A stretch of 54,815 bases of DNA from Candidatus Heimdallarchaeota archaeon (GCA_018238155.1 JABCTZ010000031.1:1-54815), one strand, 5' to 3'. Positions 38,050 to 48,332 are shown, numbered from the stretch's first letter. Notes: generated by a model from the letters alone, not told the origin. Translations and numbers: made by a program.

Positions 38050-39789
38050 ATGAATCAGACTTTTCCAATGTCTCTTAAGCAAATTAGAGAGGAAATGAAG
38101 AAAGTTTTAGAAAAGATACACGAAGAGACCAAGTGTGATTTGGTACGAAATCTTTCTGATGTTTCCATAACTATTGGTAAAGCACCTGAAGACGACCAGG
38201 ATTTTGGCACAGTACGAGAGCCCAATTCAATTGTTTTTGGTGATTGGATAGAAAAGCTAACTCCAAGTACTATACAAGTCAATATTCTAGAGTTTCTAAT
38301 TATCAGAGCAGCTTTTACATTCTTCATCGAAGAAAAAACTATCTTTGGTAGGCTTTCAGTTATCACACAGTACATTCTAAATGTACTTTCTTTTGCTTAT
38401 CTTAGAAAAGCATACGATAAGAAATCTGTTGAATTAAAATTTGTACACATACGATCAAGGTTCTTATTTATACCAGAGAATCTTAGCCGTGATGAGAGAA
38501 GGCTTTATAATAAAAAATATGAGCTAAATACGATAGTGCTTAAGCAATCAATTACCTTTAAGCTTTTATTGAACACTTTTTTGCAATTCACTGAAGACAT
38601 TCTCGATGAAGAAATTGATTTCGAAGAGATACTTGATTACTTGATTAGATACCTTTCAAATTCTCCTCTTGAGATAGCCGCACCTATTCGATTAAAAAGA
38701 ACTTCTCTGCAAGTTTTAGAAAAACTAGTAGATATTGGTTTTCAAGCTTCCACAAATGATATAGCAAACTCTCTAAATTTAAACCAAAAAACTGTTTTTC
38801 GGGAATTAATCAGAATTTCATCTCTGTACATTGCTTCTTTTCGTGTTGAAAAAAATTTCTACAAATTGGGTCTTAAGCATCATCTGATTATAATCAAGTA
38901 TAGTAATCAAGATTCCTCAACCACAGAAAAGATATTAGATTCACTTAAATCAAATCGATATGTTTTTGAGATTTATTCGGGAGGAAACTCGGATTTCAGC
39001 TATGTTTATTGTTTAACTCTTTGTCCTTACATTGTAGCTGAAAATTTGATTTATAGACTGCAAAGATTTGTAAAAGAAGAAATTATTGTCGAATTTGATG
39101 TCATTCCTCTTAAAAATAGAATTTTTAGATCTGCCTTTGTTAAGGATAGTTTTCAACCGAGTGTTGCAAATTTCTCGAAGTTGATAAATGGCGAATTGAA
39201 ATGCACAAAGCTAATCACTTGGGGAAACAATAATTTCGAAGAAGAAAATGCTTCTCGTTTTACATCAAATGACAAAAGATTGCTTTGGTTTATGTCATTA
39301 TATCAATCAAATGGGATCGTCAATTACAACCACTATCGTGGCTTTACTGTTGAATTAAAAGAATTTCTAGCCGCCAATGGTTTTAATTGGGATGATATGC
39401 AAAGCGGTTTAGATTTTTTGAATAAAACTCGAAAGACTCTTTTGGAAAGAAAATTAATTGACTTTCGATTAAGACTCTCTCTCTCTCACGTCGCAGCAAA
39501 TGAATCTCTTATTGTAAAAATACTTTGTGATCCTGAAGATGAGAAAATTAAAATGGTATTGGATAAGTTAAATATTTTTGGTAGTAGCATTGTTCATCAA
39601 GGGTATGAAAATCTTATCCTCTCAGTTTTTGGTTTGAATTACGAACACCCTTTAGCTACGCTTATTATTGCTGAATTAAATAAAAGTGGTTTCGATTGTG
39701 AAGTTTTTTCAGTTAAAAATATCGTTTGGCGGTTTGTTCCTTTGCACAAATTATATAGTTTTCCAGACCACAAGTGGCTTCTAAAATAA
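38050..39789 (+). CDS. Large transcriptional regulator, paralog 2
   Basis: Colinear with paralog 1 (shared LDEEIDFEEILDYLIRYLSNSPLEIAAPIRLKR); HTH STNDIANSLNLNQKTVFRELIRI. Confidence 0.75.
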   Translation: MNQTFPMSLKQIREEMKKVLEKIHEETKCDLVRNLSDVSITIGKAPEDDQDFGTVREPNSIVFGDWIEKLTPSTIQVNILEFLIIRAAFTFFIEEKTIFGRLSVITQYILNVLSFAYLRKAYDKKSVELKFVHIRSRFLFIPENLSRDERRLYNKKYELNTIVLKQSITFKLLLNTFLQFTEDILDEEIDFEEILDYLIRYLSNSPLEIAAPIRLKRTSLQVLEKLVDIGFQASTNDIANSLNLNQKTVFRELIRISSLYIASFRVEKNFYKLGLKHHLIIIKYSNQDSSTTEKILDSLKSNRYVFEIYSGGNSDFSYVYCLTLCPYIVAENLIYRLQRFVKEEIIVEFDVIPLKNRIFRSAFVKDSFQPSVANFSKLINGELKCTKLITWGNNNFEEENASRFTSNDKRLLWFMSLYQSNGIVNYNHYRGFTVELKEFLAANGFNWDDMQSGLDFLNKTRKTLLERKLIDFRLRLSLSHVAANESLIVKILCDPEDEKIKMVLDKLNIFGSSIVHQGYENLILSVFGLNYEHPLATLIIAELNKSGFDCEVFSVKNIVWRFVPLHKLYSFPDHKWLLK

Positions 39790-39810
39790 AGAAGAAAAGA
39801 TTGGTGAATA

Positions 39811-39963
39811 TTATCCACCATTGGGGTCGATTTCGTCTTCAAAACCACCTGTGCTACCTCCTCCGGAGGGAGCGATAACACCTTTAGCGAGGAAGCCTCC
39901 TGATAAGAGGAGTGTCAATACGATCATTGCAATTGAAATAATTTTGGGGTTTATTTTCTTCAT
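39811..39963 (-). CDS. 50-aa secreted pre-peptide 2: MKKINPKIISIAMIVLTLLLSGGFLAKGVIAPSGGGSTGGFEDEIDPNGG
   Basis: ATG at 39963 with GGAG SD-like motif (the track uses an upstream TTG); paralog of 37387-37539. Confidence 0.85.
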   Translation of the reverse strand: MKKINPKIISIAMIVLTLLLSGGFLAKGVIAPSGGGSTGGFEDEIDPNGG

Positions 39964-39987
39964 TGTTTTTTGTCTCCATTGTGAAAC

Positions 39988-40024
39988 TATCAATAGTCTA
40001 TTCCGGAAAATAGTTTAAATAAAG
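39988..40024 (-). promoter_or_regulatory. Promoter/operator block of peptide gene 2
   Basis: Identical to 37565-37601. Confidence 0.6.
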
Positions 40025-40488
40025 AACTTCAGCGAAAAAAAGACACACTTTATTCTATTATTAGGAACAAATTTCTCAAAATAGTCTTTCGTTACTAGAC
40101 GTTTCACAAAATTATCCTTGTCTTGGTAAATGCTTTTTTTGACAGAAAATGTGCCTTTAAACATACAAGTTCTAGTTATATCTTAGAAGAAGTATCTGGG
40201 ATTTTGAACGTGGTCTCCATCTCTTTTCTCCCCCTTTCTTCTTCTCTTTTATCCTCTATTTCCAAAAAAGCTCGTCCACTTGAACTTGGATTTAGAATCA
40301 TTTGCTTTTGGAAAATCTCCCGGCGATTTTCTTCTTTTTTTCTCTCACATCAACTATTTCTTTTTGAGAGTATTTAAAATAAAAACTCACTACATTTCTT
40401 TTCAAATTTGTTCTTTTCTAGCAAGAATTGTTTTTTCTTTTTTGAACGATTTTTTTACTACATTTTGATTTGTTCAATTATTAATTAA

Positions 40489-40782
40489 CTATGAGATTAG
40501 CTCTCTCTCGAGATCGACCAATTTTTCCACCACTCTCTTCCCTTTTGGAGTTAGCTCGTAGTACAAACGTCGTGACCCTTCGAGTGTTGTTAATTTTATC
40601 AATTCGAATCCGTGTAGTATTTCTCGAACTTTAATTAATGTTCGATCATTCATTCCTAGTTTTCTTATTTTGCTTCCAAATATCTTTCCACGATTCCACA
40701 AGATAATCAGGAGTTTGAAAGTGTTTTTTTGGTTATTTAATTTGAAAATTAATAATTCTTCTTCTTTGTCGAGTTCGGGCAT
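40489..40782 (-). CDS. Small winged-helix DNA-binding protein
   Basis: RRLYYELTPKGKRV wing motif. Confidence 0.75.
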   Translation of the reverse strand: MPELDKEEELLIFKLNNQKNTFKLLIILWNRGKIFGSKIRKLGMNDRTLIKVREILHGFELIKLTTLEGSRRLYYELTPKGKRVVEKLVDLERELIS

Positions 40783-40834
40783 GGTTGTCTCAATCTCTCC
40801 CGATACTTATTTTCTTTTTCAGTTATTAAATCTT

Positions 40835-41332
40835 CTAATCATAAATATTGAAGCTATTTATTGTTCCGAATGATTTCCAGAAGAGATATTCATGGAGCCC
40901 TTCGTCCACAAAATTTTCTACCGTACCTATTTTCTTATAACCATTCTTTTCATAAAATTTTATTGCTTTTTCATTTGTCGTGGAGCATAAGAGGAAGACG
41001 TTTGGCAATTTTTCTGCAATTGTTTTTTCTTCTACATACTTCAATAGCTTTGACCCTATTCCTTTGCTTCTCCTCTCTTCTTGTAAGACGATTCTTCTGA
41101 TGTAATTTGCAAACATGATATTTCGTTTGATTGCTATGAATCCCACTACTTTCTTTTCCTGCTCTGCGACAAATACCAGGTTTTTTCCTAGTCGATCGTT
41201 TAGAAATTTTTTTGCTCCCTCTTTTGTTAATTTAAATACTGTCCATGGAAATGTTGTGATATTTATTTCTGCACAAGTATCTATATCGTTTTCTTTCAAT
41301 GGTCTTATTTTTATTTCATTCATTTCGATCAC
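40835..41332 (-). CDS. GNAT-family N-acetyltransferase
   Basis: RSKGIGSKLL and NEKAIKFYEKNGY motifs. Confidence 0.92.
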   Translation of the reverse strand: MIEMNEIKIRPLKENDIDTCAEINITTFPWTVFKLTKEGAKKFLNDRLGKNLVFVAEQEKKVVGFIAIKRNIMFANYIRRIVLQEERRSKGIGSKLLKYVEEKTIAEKLPNVFLLCSTTNEKAIKFYEKNGYKKIGTVENFVDEGLHEYLFWKSFGTINSFNIYD

Positions 41333-41342
41333 TTTTAATCAA

Positions 41343-41693
41343 TTATCCGCCAGTCTGATACATAATTCCATTTCTTTGTTTGTTTATTTTTCGGACAATC
41401 TCTAGAGCTATCTCTTCTATTGTTCCCATTCCATCTGCGACAAAATAAACATTTTTTCTTACTTGGTTATTTATCTTAATGTAATCCTCTCGAGTTCAAT
41501 ATGGTCCGAAAATGAATTTATCGAGTATCTCCACTTTTTCTTTTGGGTCTGGTTCTTCTTGTAATACTCGTGAGCCATCTTCTCTCATGAAATATTTTCC
41601 CGTAAATGCTCTAAGAATTACTCAAGACAAAGTAGACTTGCCTGAACCCGAAGTTCCGGCAATTGTAATAACAAAGTGTTTTTTCAATCTCAT
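41343..41693 (-). pseudogene. Disrupted P-loop (uridine kinase-like) kinase
   Basis: One frame reads MRLKKHFVITIAGTSGSGKSTLS*...GPY*TREDY...VADGMGTIEEIALEI; two in-frame TGA; too short for a full kinase. Confidence 0.7.
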
Positions 41694-41927
41694 TCATTTT
41701 TTATTGGGCAATCTTTCTTTTTGAAAGTAATTATAAATCAAATTTAGTTCAAAAATGGTTCTGAATAAACAAATAATATTCTCAAACGTCTCCAGAATAT
41801 AATTGTCTGTCAACATGATTTTGATATTATTCTAATTGGTGTGAATCGAAGTAGAATGATCTCATATAACCATAAATCCAAGCGAAAACTTTACCTAGTG
41901 AAAAATAGCCTATTAATATGAGAGAAT

Positions 41928-42593
41928 ATGAACGAATTAGCACCAAATGTGTTTGCAGTAACCGGGTTGGGTTTGTATTCCGTACCGGTTTTTGTAATTA
42001 AAGCAAATGAAAATGAATTAGTATTGATTGATGCCGGTCTCAAAAAAGATGCAAAGACAATACTCAAGAAAATAAAAAACAAATGGGGTTCCCTAGATAA
42101 AATAAAAAAGATTGTCTTTACCCATCGGCATTTAGATCATACAGGTGGGTTACCTCAAATCCTAAAAGCAATTGAATTAGCGAATGAAAATAGTTCTGTG
42201 GAACTAATTTGCCACGAAAAAGAAGCAGAACACTTTATCGAAGAGTTAAAGGAATATGGTATCAAACCAACTAGAACAGTGAAACATGAAGAGTATATCA
42301 CAAAAGATGTGAAGATTAAAGCAATTCACAATCCAGGACACACATACGGTCATATCTGTTTACTATTAGAAGATGAAAAATTGCTTCTGCTTGGAGACAC
42401 TATCATGTATATCTCTGGGGTTTTAATGCCTGTTTTCAAAGCATTCCATGACGATTATAAACAATATAAGAAATCTTTACCTAAACTACTAGATTATGAC
42501 TGGGAATATGCTATCCCTTCACACAATCGACCATTAAAAATCACTAGAGAAAAAGTTGAGAAATTCATCAAGAAAATGAAAAAGAAAAAATAA
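41928..42593 (+). CDS. Metallo-beta-lactamase fold hydrolase
   Basis: LIDAG, THRHLDHTGG, PGHT.GH, LGD and PSH motifs. Confidence 0.92.
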   Translation: MNELAPNVFAVTGLGLYSVPVFVIKANENELVLIDAGLKKDAKTILKKIKNKWGSLDKIKKIVFTHRHLDHTGGLPQILKAIELANENSSVELICHEKEAEHFIEELKEYGIKPTRTVKHEEYITKDVKIKAIHNPGHTYGHICLLLEDEKLLLLGDTIMYISGVLMPVFKAFHDDYKQYKKSLPKLLDYDWEYAIPSHNRPLKITREKVEKFIKKMKKKK

Positions 42594-43032
42594 CTTCTCT
42601 TACTATTTTTTCACTTTCTTTTCACAACAAACAAAAACAATTGTTTAAACATTAATTTTTGTAAATATTTTGTTATTAACCGAACAATATGATTGTGTGT
42701 TTATTCTGTTGTAGTTTGTATTCAAAATAATAGTCATCTTTGGAAAACGATGTAAATAAATCAATAGAGAAAAACAACCCCCGTCACGGGAAAAGGAAAC
42801 CAGTTCAATATTTGATAGAAAAATCGTTCTAGAAAAAATATCCGCAGAACTAGAAAGAAAATACGGTATATTGTATATCGTAAGACTTACGATATGTGTC
42901 GTATATACTGCGATATGGTCCCTCAACCACTTATACCCCAACCGTTTTATTTATATTTGGAAAATTGAAAGTAATAACACATAAGTTATAATTTTTTATA
43001 ACTAAAAAAATCCCTCGAGGGGAAATACCACA

Positions 43033-44172
43033 ATGTCCGAAGAAATATTACAAGAAAAAGCACTGGTAATCGATAACGGAACTGGATTATCCAAAAACGG
43101 TTACGCCGGAGAAGATCAACCAAGAAGTGTTTTCCCAACACTAATCGGTTATCCAAAATACCAGAGCATTATGACAGACGTAGAACACTACGTGCGCGAG
43201 TATTATATTGGAGAAGAAGCCCTCAATTTAAGAGGTGTCTTAAAATTACTCTACCCAATTGAACACGGAACAGTAGAAGATTGGGATGCAATGGAACGAA
43301 TTTGGCATTTCACATTTTACAACGATTTACGTGAGAACCCAAATGAACATCCAATTCTCTTAACTGAAGCCCCATTGAACCCTGAACACAACCGTGAGAA
43401 AATGGCCGAAATCATGTTTGAAACATTTGATGTCCCAGCCATGTATGTCTCTATGCAAGCAGTATTGTCACTATATGCCAGCGGCAGAACAACTGGTTTA
43501 GTTGTAGACTCTGGTGATGGTGTTACACACATTGTACCAATTTACGAAGGCTTTGCCCTTACACACGCTATTGACAGAATTGATTTAGCTGGTAGAGATA
43601 TTACCAATTACTTCCGAAGATTACTCAGACAAAAAGGTTACAAATTAACCAGCAGCGCCGAACTTGAAATTGTGCGTGACATTAAGGAGAAACTCTGTTA
43701 TGTTGCCCTCGATCCCGAAAAAGAACTTCAACTAGCCGAAAAAGTTTCTGGTATGGAGAAGAATTACCAAATGCCAGACGGAAACGTCTTGACCATTGGT
43801 ACTGAGCGATTTTTAGCTCCAGAAGTATTCTTCCAACCACAACAAATTGGCCGAGAAGCTATGTCTATGGATGACGCAATCTTCCAAGCAATCAGCAAAT
43901 GTGATGTTGATTTGAGAAGAGAACTCTACCAGAACATTGTATTATCTGGTGGTTCCACTATGTTCAGTGGTCTCAAAGAGAGATTGCACAAAGAGCTTAC
44001 CGAGCAAGTTCCAGAAGGAATCGAAGTCAAAATCATTGCTCCACCCGAAAGACGTTACTCAGTATGGATTGGTGGATCTATCCTTTCCAGCTTGAAGACC
44101 TTCCAAAAGATGTGGGTCACCAAGAAAGAGTACAAAGACCTCGGTCCAAGCGCAGTTTTGAGATGCTTCTAA
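43033..44172 (+). CDS. Conserved Asgard actin (Lokiactin type)
   Basis: [65 protein letters not shown] and terminal RCF. Confidence 0.97.
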   Translation: MSEEILQEKALVIDNGTGLSKNGYAGEDQPRSVFPTLIGYPKYQSIMTDVEHYVREYYIGEEALNLRGVLKLLYPIEHGTVEDWDAMERIWHFTFYNDLRENPNEHPILLTEAPLNPEHNREKMAEIMFETFDVPAMYVSMQAVLSLYASGRTTGLVVDSGDGVTHIVPIYEGFALTHAIDRIDLAGRDITNYFRRLLRQKGYKLTSSAELEIVRDIKEKLCYVALDPEKELQLAEKVSGMEKNYQMPDGNVLTIGTERFLAPEVFFQPQQIGREAMSMDDAIFQAISKCDVDLRRELYQNIVLSGGSTMFSGLKERLHKELTEQVPEGIEVKIIAPPERRYSVWIGGSILSSLKTFQKMWVTKKEYKDLGPSAVLRCF

Positions 44173-44546
44173 GCATCATCCTTTTTTCTTTTATTAGAAA
44201 TAATGGATGGGCAAAGAAGTTTCAATTCTTTTTTTTATTTTAAACTTAAAACAAACCAATTTATTTTATTCTGTTAATTATTCACATATTTAGTGGATTA
44301 TTTGTTTCTACATGTTTTTATTTGGTGGTTGTCTCCCCTGGATTATTTTTTTGGTGAAAATTACTTATAAATGCTTAATTATTTCTACTACATTAAATTT
44401 AAATAGCTATTTGTTTAATATAATTATACAGAACATTGTCTTTGAAATTAGCCAATCTTAATCCAATCTATTGATAAAAGAATTTTCAACAGGTATGAGC
44501 TTTTCAGAGATCAATTTTCATTAACATACTATAAAGGTGATTTACT

Positions 44547-44693
44547 CTGAGTTCAGAAAATAATATTGAAACAACCGAATATTTTGCATACTGTCCAGAA
44601 TGTGGCAAATTAATGGATGAAAAACAATCTGGTGACATTGATGCTACTCAACTATGTTTTAAATGCAATCGGAAATCTCGTCCCAGATTCTAA
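44547..44693 (+). CDS. 48-aa zinc-finger microprotein (CPECG...CFKC) with probable CTG start
   Basis: SD-like AAGGTGA at 44534-44540, then CTG 6 nt later; frame closed upstream by TGA; ends TAA at 44691-44693. Confidence 0.6.
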   Translation: MSSENNIETTEYFAYCPECGKLMDEKQSGDIDATQLCFKCNRKSRPRF

Positions 44694-44872
44694 GGGATTA
44701 GAATAGTTAACTATCATCAAATTCATTTGATTTTGTTTTCTATTCTTTCTTATTCTTAGCTTTAAACCTGCTATATTATTTTACAATTCTCGTATAAGTA
44801 ACTAAGTGAAAAAAATTCACTTATGATTTTAATATTAAACGAATTCTCCATTAGAACAAATCATTTTAATTT

Positions 44873-45400
44873 ATGAAGAAGGTATTCTCTTGTATGACCC
44901 ATACAGAAATTCTCCCAAAAGATCTTACAGAAAACGCGATTAAATTAATCGGTCTAGATTGGATGTTAATAGCCTCTGGTGATACAGAAAAATATAACAT
45001 GATGACTGCTTCTTGGGGTGGATTAGGGGTGCTCTGGCATAAACCAGTTTGTTTTATCTTTGTTCGTCCTAGTAGGTATACTTACGAATTTCTAGAAGCA
45101 AATGATAATTTCAGTTTAAACTTCCTTAGTAAAGATTATCGTTCCTCTCTAAATTTATGTGGTTCTAAATCAGGTCGTGAATTGAATAAAATGGAAGATG
45201 TAGATCTCACTCCCGAAGCAAATTTTGATACTATTTCCTTCAAAGAAGCCCATTTGGTTCTTTATTGTAAAAAACTCTATTATCATGATTTACAAACAGA
45301 AAACTTCCTTCACCCAATACAAAGCGATTTTTATAAAGATGGAAATTATCATCGTATGTATATTGGCGAGATTTTAGCCTGTCATCAGCAATCGAAATAA
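44873..45400 (+). CDS. Flavin reductase-like FMN-binding protein
   Basis: NMMTASWGG, RPSRYT, CGSKSGR and YHRMYIGEI motifs. Confidence 0.9.
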   Translation: MKKVFSCMTHTEILPKDLTENAIKLIGLDWMLIASGDTEKYNMMTASWGGLGVLWHKPVCFIFVRPSRYTYEFLEANDNFSLNFLSKDYRSSLNLCGSKSGRELNKMEDVDLTPEANFDTISFKEAHLVLYCKKLYYHDLQTENFLHPIQSDFYKDGNYHRMYIGEILACHQQSK

Positions 45401-45490
45401 TTATTGTTTTTCAGAAAATCATTACTTGCTTACATTTCTCTTGAAAAAAAGCGATTAAAAAAAGTAATTGAGAGGGAAATTTTTCCCTTT

Positions 45491-46753
45491 CTAAATATAA
45501 TCTAATCTTTGCTTTTTCGTTTTCTTACGTTTAAAACCTGCCATCTTCAAAGCAGCTGAGAGTTGATCAAAAGTTTGTTGAATGAATTCATCATTTGGAT
45601 ATTTCTTGTCGAGTTCTTCCAGCTGTTCTAGTAATGGAATTATTTCCTTAGCTTTTTGTGCTTGAACAAGCATGTTGATTATCCCAGCTAAAGATTCAAC
45701 ATAAAGTCCTAAAATAGTTTTATTTTTTGGAAATTCATTTGCTAATTCTTTTAATTCATTCATTGTTTCCAATGTAGCATTAAAATTAGTTATTCCTTGC
45801 ATACGTAGTGATAATATTAAACTTTGAGCGTAAATCGTTTGTAATTCAAGATTATCTTTAGTAGTATCTGCGAGCATTTCAAGCTCATTAATGTGTTTAT
45901 TTAATTCTTCCATATTCTGCTGACCAAGTAATGAAATGGCATTTAGATATCCTTTAGCTAACTCAACTTTGAATGCTGTGTCTTTCTTATCAAGGGTTAT
46001 CTCTTTCATTGAATTTAACCATCGTTTTGCGTCCTCTGGTTTCTCATAGGTTCGATCCATCGCAGTTCTATACGCATGTACCCACTCTAATTGCAACCCA
46101 ATATTGGCCGGCATCGATTCTGATAAAAGAGTGATTTCTGACAGCAAATTATCAACTTTTGTGATATCTCTTTTTCTAGAGCTCTCAATTTCATGAACTA
46201 AAGATTTTGTAAGATTCAATTTTATCTTTCCATTGTCAGGAAATTTCTTGGCAAGTTCTCTAAATTTACCTGTTCTAACTCTTAAAGCTTTGAAATCTCC
46301 CCTTTTCTTCCAGAATTGTACCATATCATTAGATGCACCTGAAAGCTCCTCATGGATGAGGACATTGTCCGGGTATTTTGTTGCTAATTTCTCCAGATTA
46401 ATTATCACTTCTTTCATAATACCAGGTTGACCTTTAGTGCTGAGTGCAACTAAAGAGTGACGCAAAGCTTTTGCATAGTTTATTGTTAACTGGTCATTTT
46501 CTATGTCCTTCTCAACGATTTCTTCTATATCTGCGAGAAGTTTTTTTACTTTGCTTGTAGATAATTTTCCACGAAAAGTTTGAATCGTTTTTGCAACTGC
46601 TTTTGTATAGTGTTTTCTCACTTTTGTATTCTCTTTAGTCATTTCCTGAAGCTGTTGAATGATCTCTTCTGCTATAGGAAGATTTCCTTTAGAACAAGCT
46701 TCTTCAAACGAATGGTATATTTTTTCTATTTCGTCCATAGTAATCATCATCAA
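45491..46753 (-). CDS. Alpha-solenoid (TPR-like) repeat protein
   Basis: Recurring (Y/F)PxN-like helix turns: KYPDN, KFPDN, EFPKN, KYPND. Confidence 0.65.
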   Translation of the reverse strand: MMMITMDEIEKIYHSFEEACSKGNLPIAEEIIQQLQEMTKENTKVRKHYTKAVAKTIQTFRGKLSTSKVKKLLADIEEIVEKDIENDQLTINYAKALRHSLVALSTKGQPGIMKEVIINLEKLATKYPDNVLIHEELSGASNDMVQFWKKRGDFKALRVRTGKFRELAKKFPDNGKIKLNLTKSLVHEIESSRKRDITKVDNLLSEITLLSESMPANIGLQLEWVHAYRTAMDRTYEKPEDAKRWLNSMKEITLDKKDTAFKVELAKGYLNAISLLGQQNMEELNKHINELEMLADTTKDNLELQTIYAQSLILSLRMQGITNFNATLETMNELKELANEFPKNKTILGLYVESLAGIINMLVQAQKAKEIIPLLEQLEELDKKYPNDEFIQQTFDQLSAALKMAGFKRKKTKKQRLDYI

Positions 46754-46945
46754 GAATGAGTTTTCTTAGTCTTATATGTTCATATTCCTTATCATTTTAT
46801 TAAATATGTTGAAATGGGCTATTTCATTATCGTTACTTTTATATCCTTGGTTTTCTCAAACATTATAATAAAATATATATCTAAGAAAATAGAAAAAAGC
46901 TCATATATCGAGATATAATATATCGAAATACGGAAGTGGTTTTCA

Positions 46946-47374
46946 GTGAAGTATTCACTAACTAAACGCGTAAAGAAACAAGAACTCGCAGAGCTCTTCT
47001 TGAATCTCTCTGATTCAATAGAAGATGATGTCCCCGACGTAATCTGGCAAGGATCCGAATTTGCAGCTGATATTAAGCAACAAAATGTTAGTTGTAATAT
47101 TAATTACATTTCTACAAAGAAAGGTGGAGAATTCATAATCAAAATCAGCTGGATTACACCTGCAGCAAAGAAAAAGAAAGCCGCAGAAGCTGCCGCAAAA
47201 ACAAAGGAACGTTTAGAAAAGAAGACTGCAACTGCAAAGACAGGCACAAATGATAAGGATCAACCCATCAAAATCGTTCAAAACGATGATATTTGGGCTG
47301 AAGGCGAAGAAACATGGGAAGCGTCTTCAGATGATGATGATTGGGATAATTCTGATTATGACGATGAGTGGTAA
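46946..47374 (+). CDS. Small protein with amphi-Trp-like N-domain and acidic Trp-containing tail ending DDEW
   Basis: KQELAELFLNLSDSI...IKISW; tail SSDDDDWDNSDYDDEW. Confidence 0.6.
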   Translation: MKYSLTKRVKKQELAELFLNLSDSIEDDVPDVIWQGSEFAADIKQQNVSCNINYISTKKGGEFIIKISWITPAAKKKKAAEAAAKTKERLEKKTATAKTGTNDKDQPIKIVQNDDIWAEGEETWEASSDDDDWDNSDYDDEW

Positions 47375-47516
47375 GAATTATTTTTTCCATTCTCATATTT
47401 CTTTCATTTTTTAGTTTGTTTTTCTACAAAAAAACAAGCTATTTCATTTACTTACTTATTCCCAGGTACAGATTTATATGAAATAATCTATCAGACATTA
47501 TTAAAAGCTCATTTGC

Positions 47517-48332
47517 TTGGTGATACATATGAAAAATAATAATCAAGAAGCAAAAGAAAAAAGAGGATTTACAACTGAAGTCGAAAATAATCTTTTTATA
47601 AGCAAATCAAATGTGGAACTCATACTTCTTTTAAAATCTAAATATCCCAAAGAGAGAACTTCTTCTGCAATAGTATTGGGACAAAGAAAGTCTGAAAAAG
47701 CTATTGTTGCATTGTGTGAACAACTTAAAGAAGAAAACGCTTTATATTCAAAGATTGCTATTTCTGAAGCCCTCGGTAAAATTGGTAAACCAACAATAAA
47801 TGAGTTAATCAAAAATTTAGGCATAATAGGCAATAACCAACATAAGACTTTGCCCAAGATGATATTTAACAAATGGAGCTATCCCTTGCCAAGAGATATT
47901 GTTGCAAGAACTATTTGTAAAATTGGAGATAGTATATTAGTAGATTTAAATAATATTTTTGTAGATGGTAATAAAAAACAAATCTATGAGGCAATAGATG
48001 CTATTGGATTCATTTCTTTTTATTCTGAAAATAAAATTTCATTTGAAATGTTAGAAAAATCATTGCAAAAATATTGTGATGATGAAATAATAAAATGGAA
48101 AATAACGAGAGCGTTAAGTGCCTTTCCAAGTAAAAAATCAGAATTAATTTTATTAAATATTTTAAAAACAAGCAAAATGCCAGAACTAGAATGGGAAGCA
48201 ATTAGGAGCTTAGGTTCAATTTGTATGGAAGTGCCAGAAGAAATAATGATAGCAAAAAGTGATAAGAATGCTAAAGTAAAAAAAATGGCTTTTCTTGCAA
48301 TAGAAAAGATAGACAGTAAAAGAAATGAGTGA
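47517..48332 (+). CDS. HEAT/PBS-lyase repeat protein
   Basis: EALGKIG, AIDAIG and AIRSLG repeats. Confidence 0.8.
   Translation: MVIHMKNNNQEAKEKRGFTTEVENNLFISKSNVELILLLKSKYPKERTSSAIVLGQRKSEKAIVALCEQLKEENALYSKIAISEALGKIGKPTINELIKNLGIIGNNQHKTLPKMIFNKWSYPLPRDIVARTICKIGDSILVDLNNIFVDGNKKQIYEAIDAIGFISFYSENKISFEMLEKSLQKYCDDEIIKWKITRALSAFPSKKSELILLNILKTSKMPELEWEAIRSLGSICMEVPEEIMIAKSDKNAKVKKMAFLAIEKIDSKRNE

Larger units (their letters stand above)
35607..40380. repeat. Diverged tandem duplication with a period of about 2.43 kb
   Basis: Regulator, peptide gene and the adjoining ~400-bp non-coding region all recur at offsets of about 2424-2443 bp. Confidence 0.9.

Noticed and set aside
35607-40380. 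Mobile element explanation for the duplication
   Set aside because: No transposase or integrase motifs, terminal inverted repeats or target-site duplications were recognised.
40123-40468. Plus-strand ORFs of 84 and 62 aa
   Set aside because: Frames are not preserved in copy 1 of the duplication, and composition is low-complexity F/S-rich.
42645-42941. 98-aa minus-strand ORF upstream of actin
   Set aside because: No recognisable motif; the region is better explained as actin regulatory DNA.
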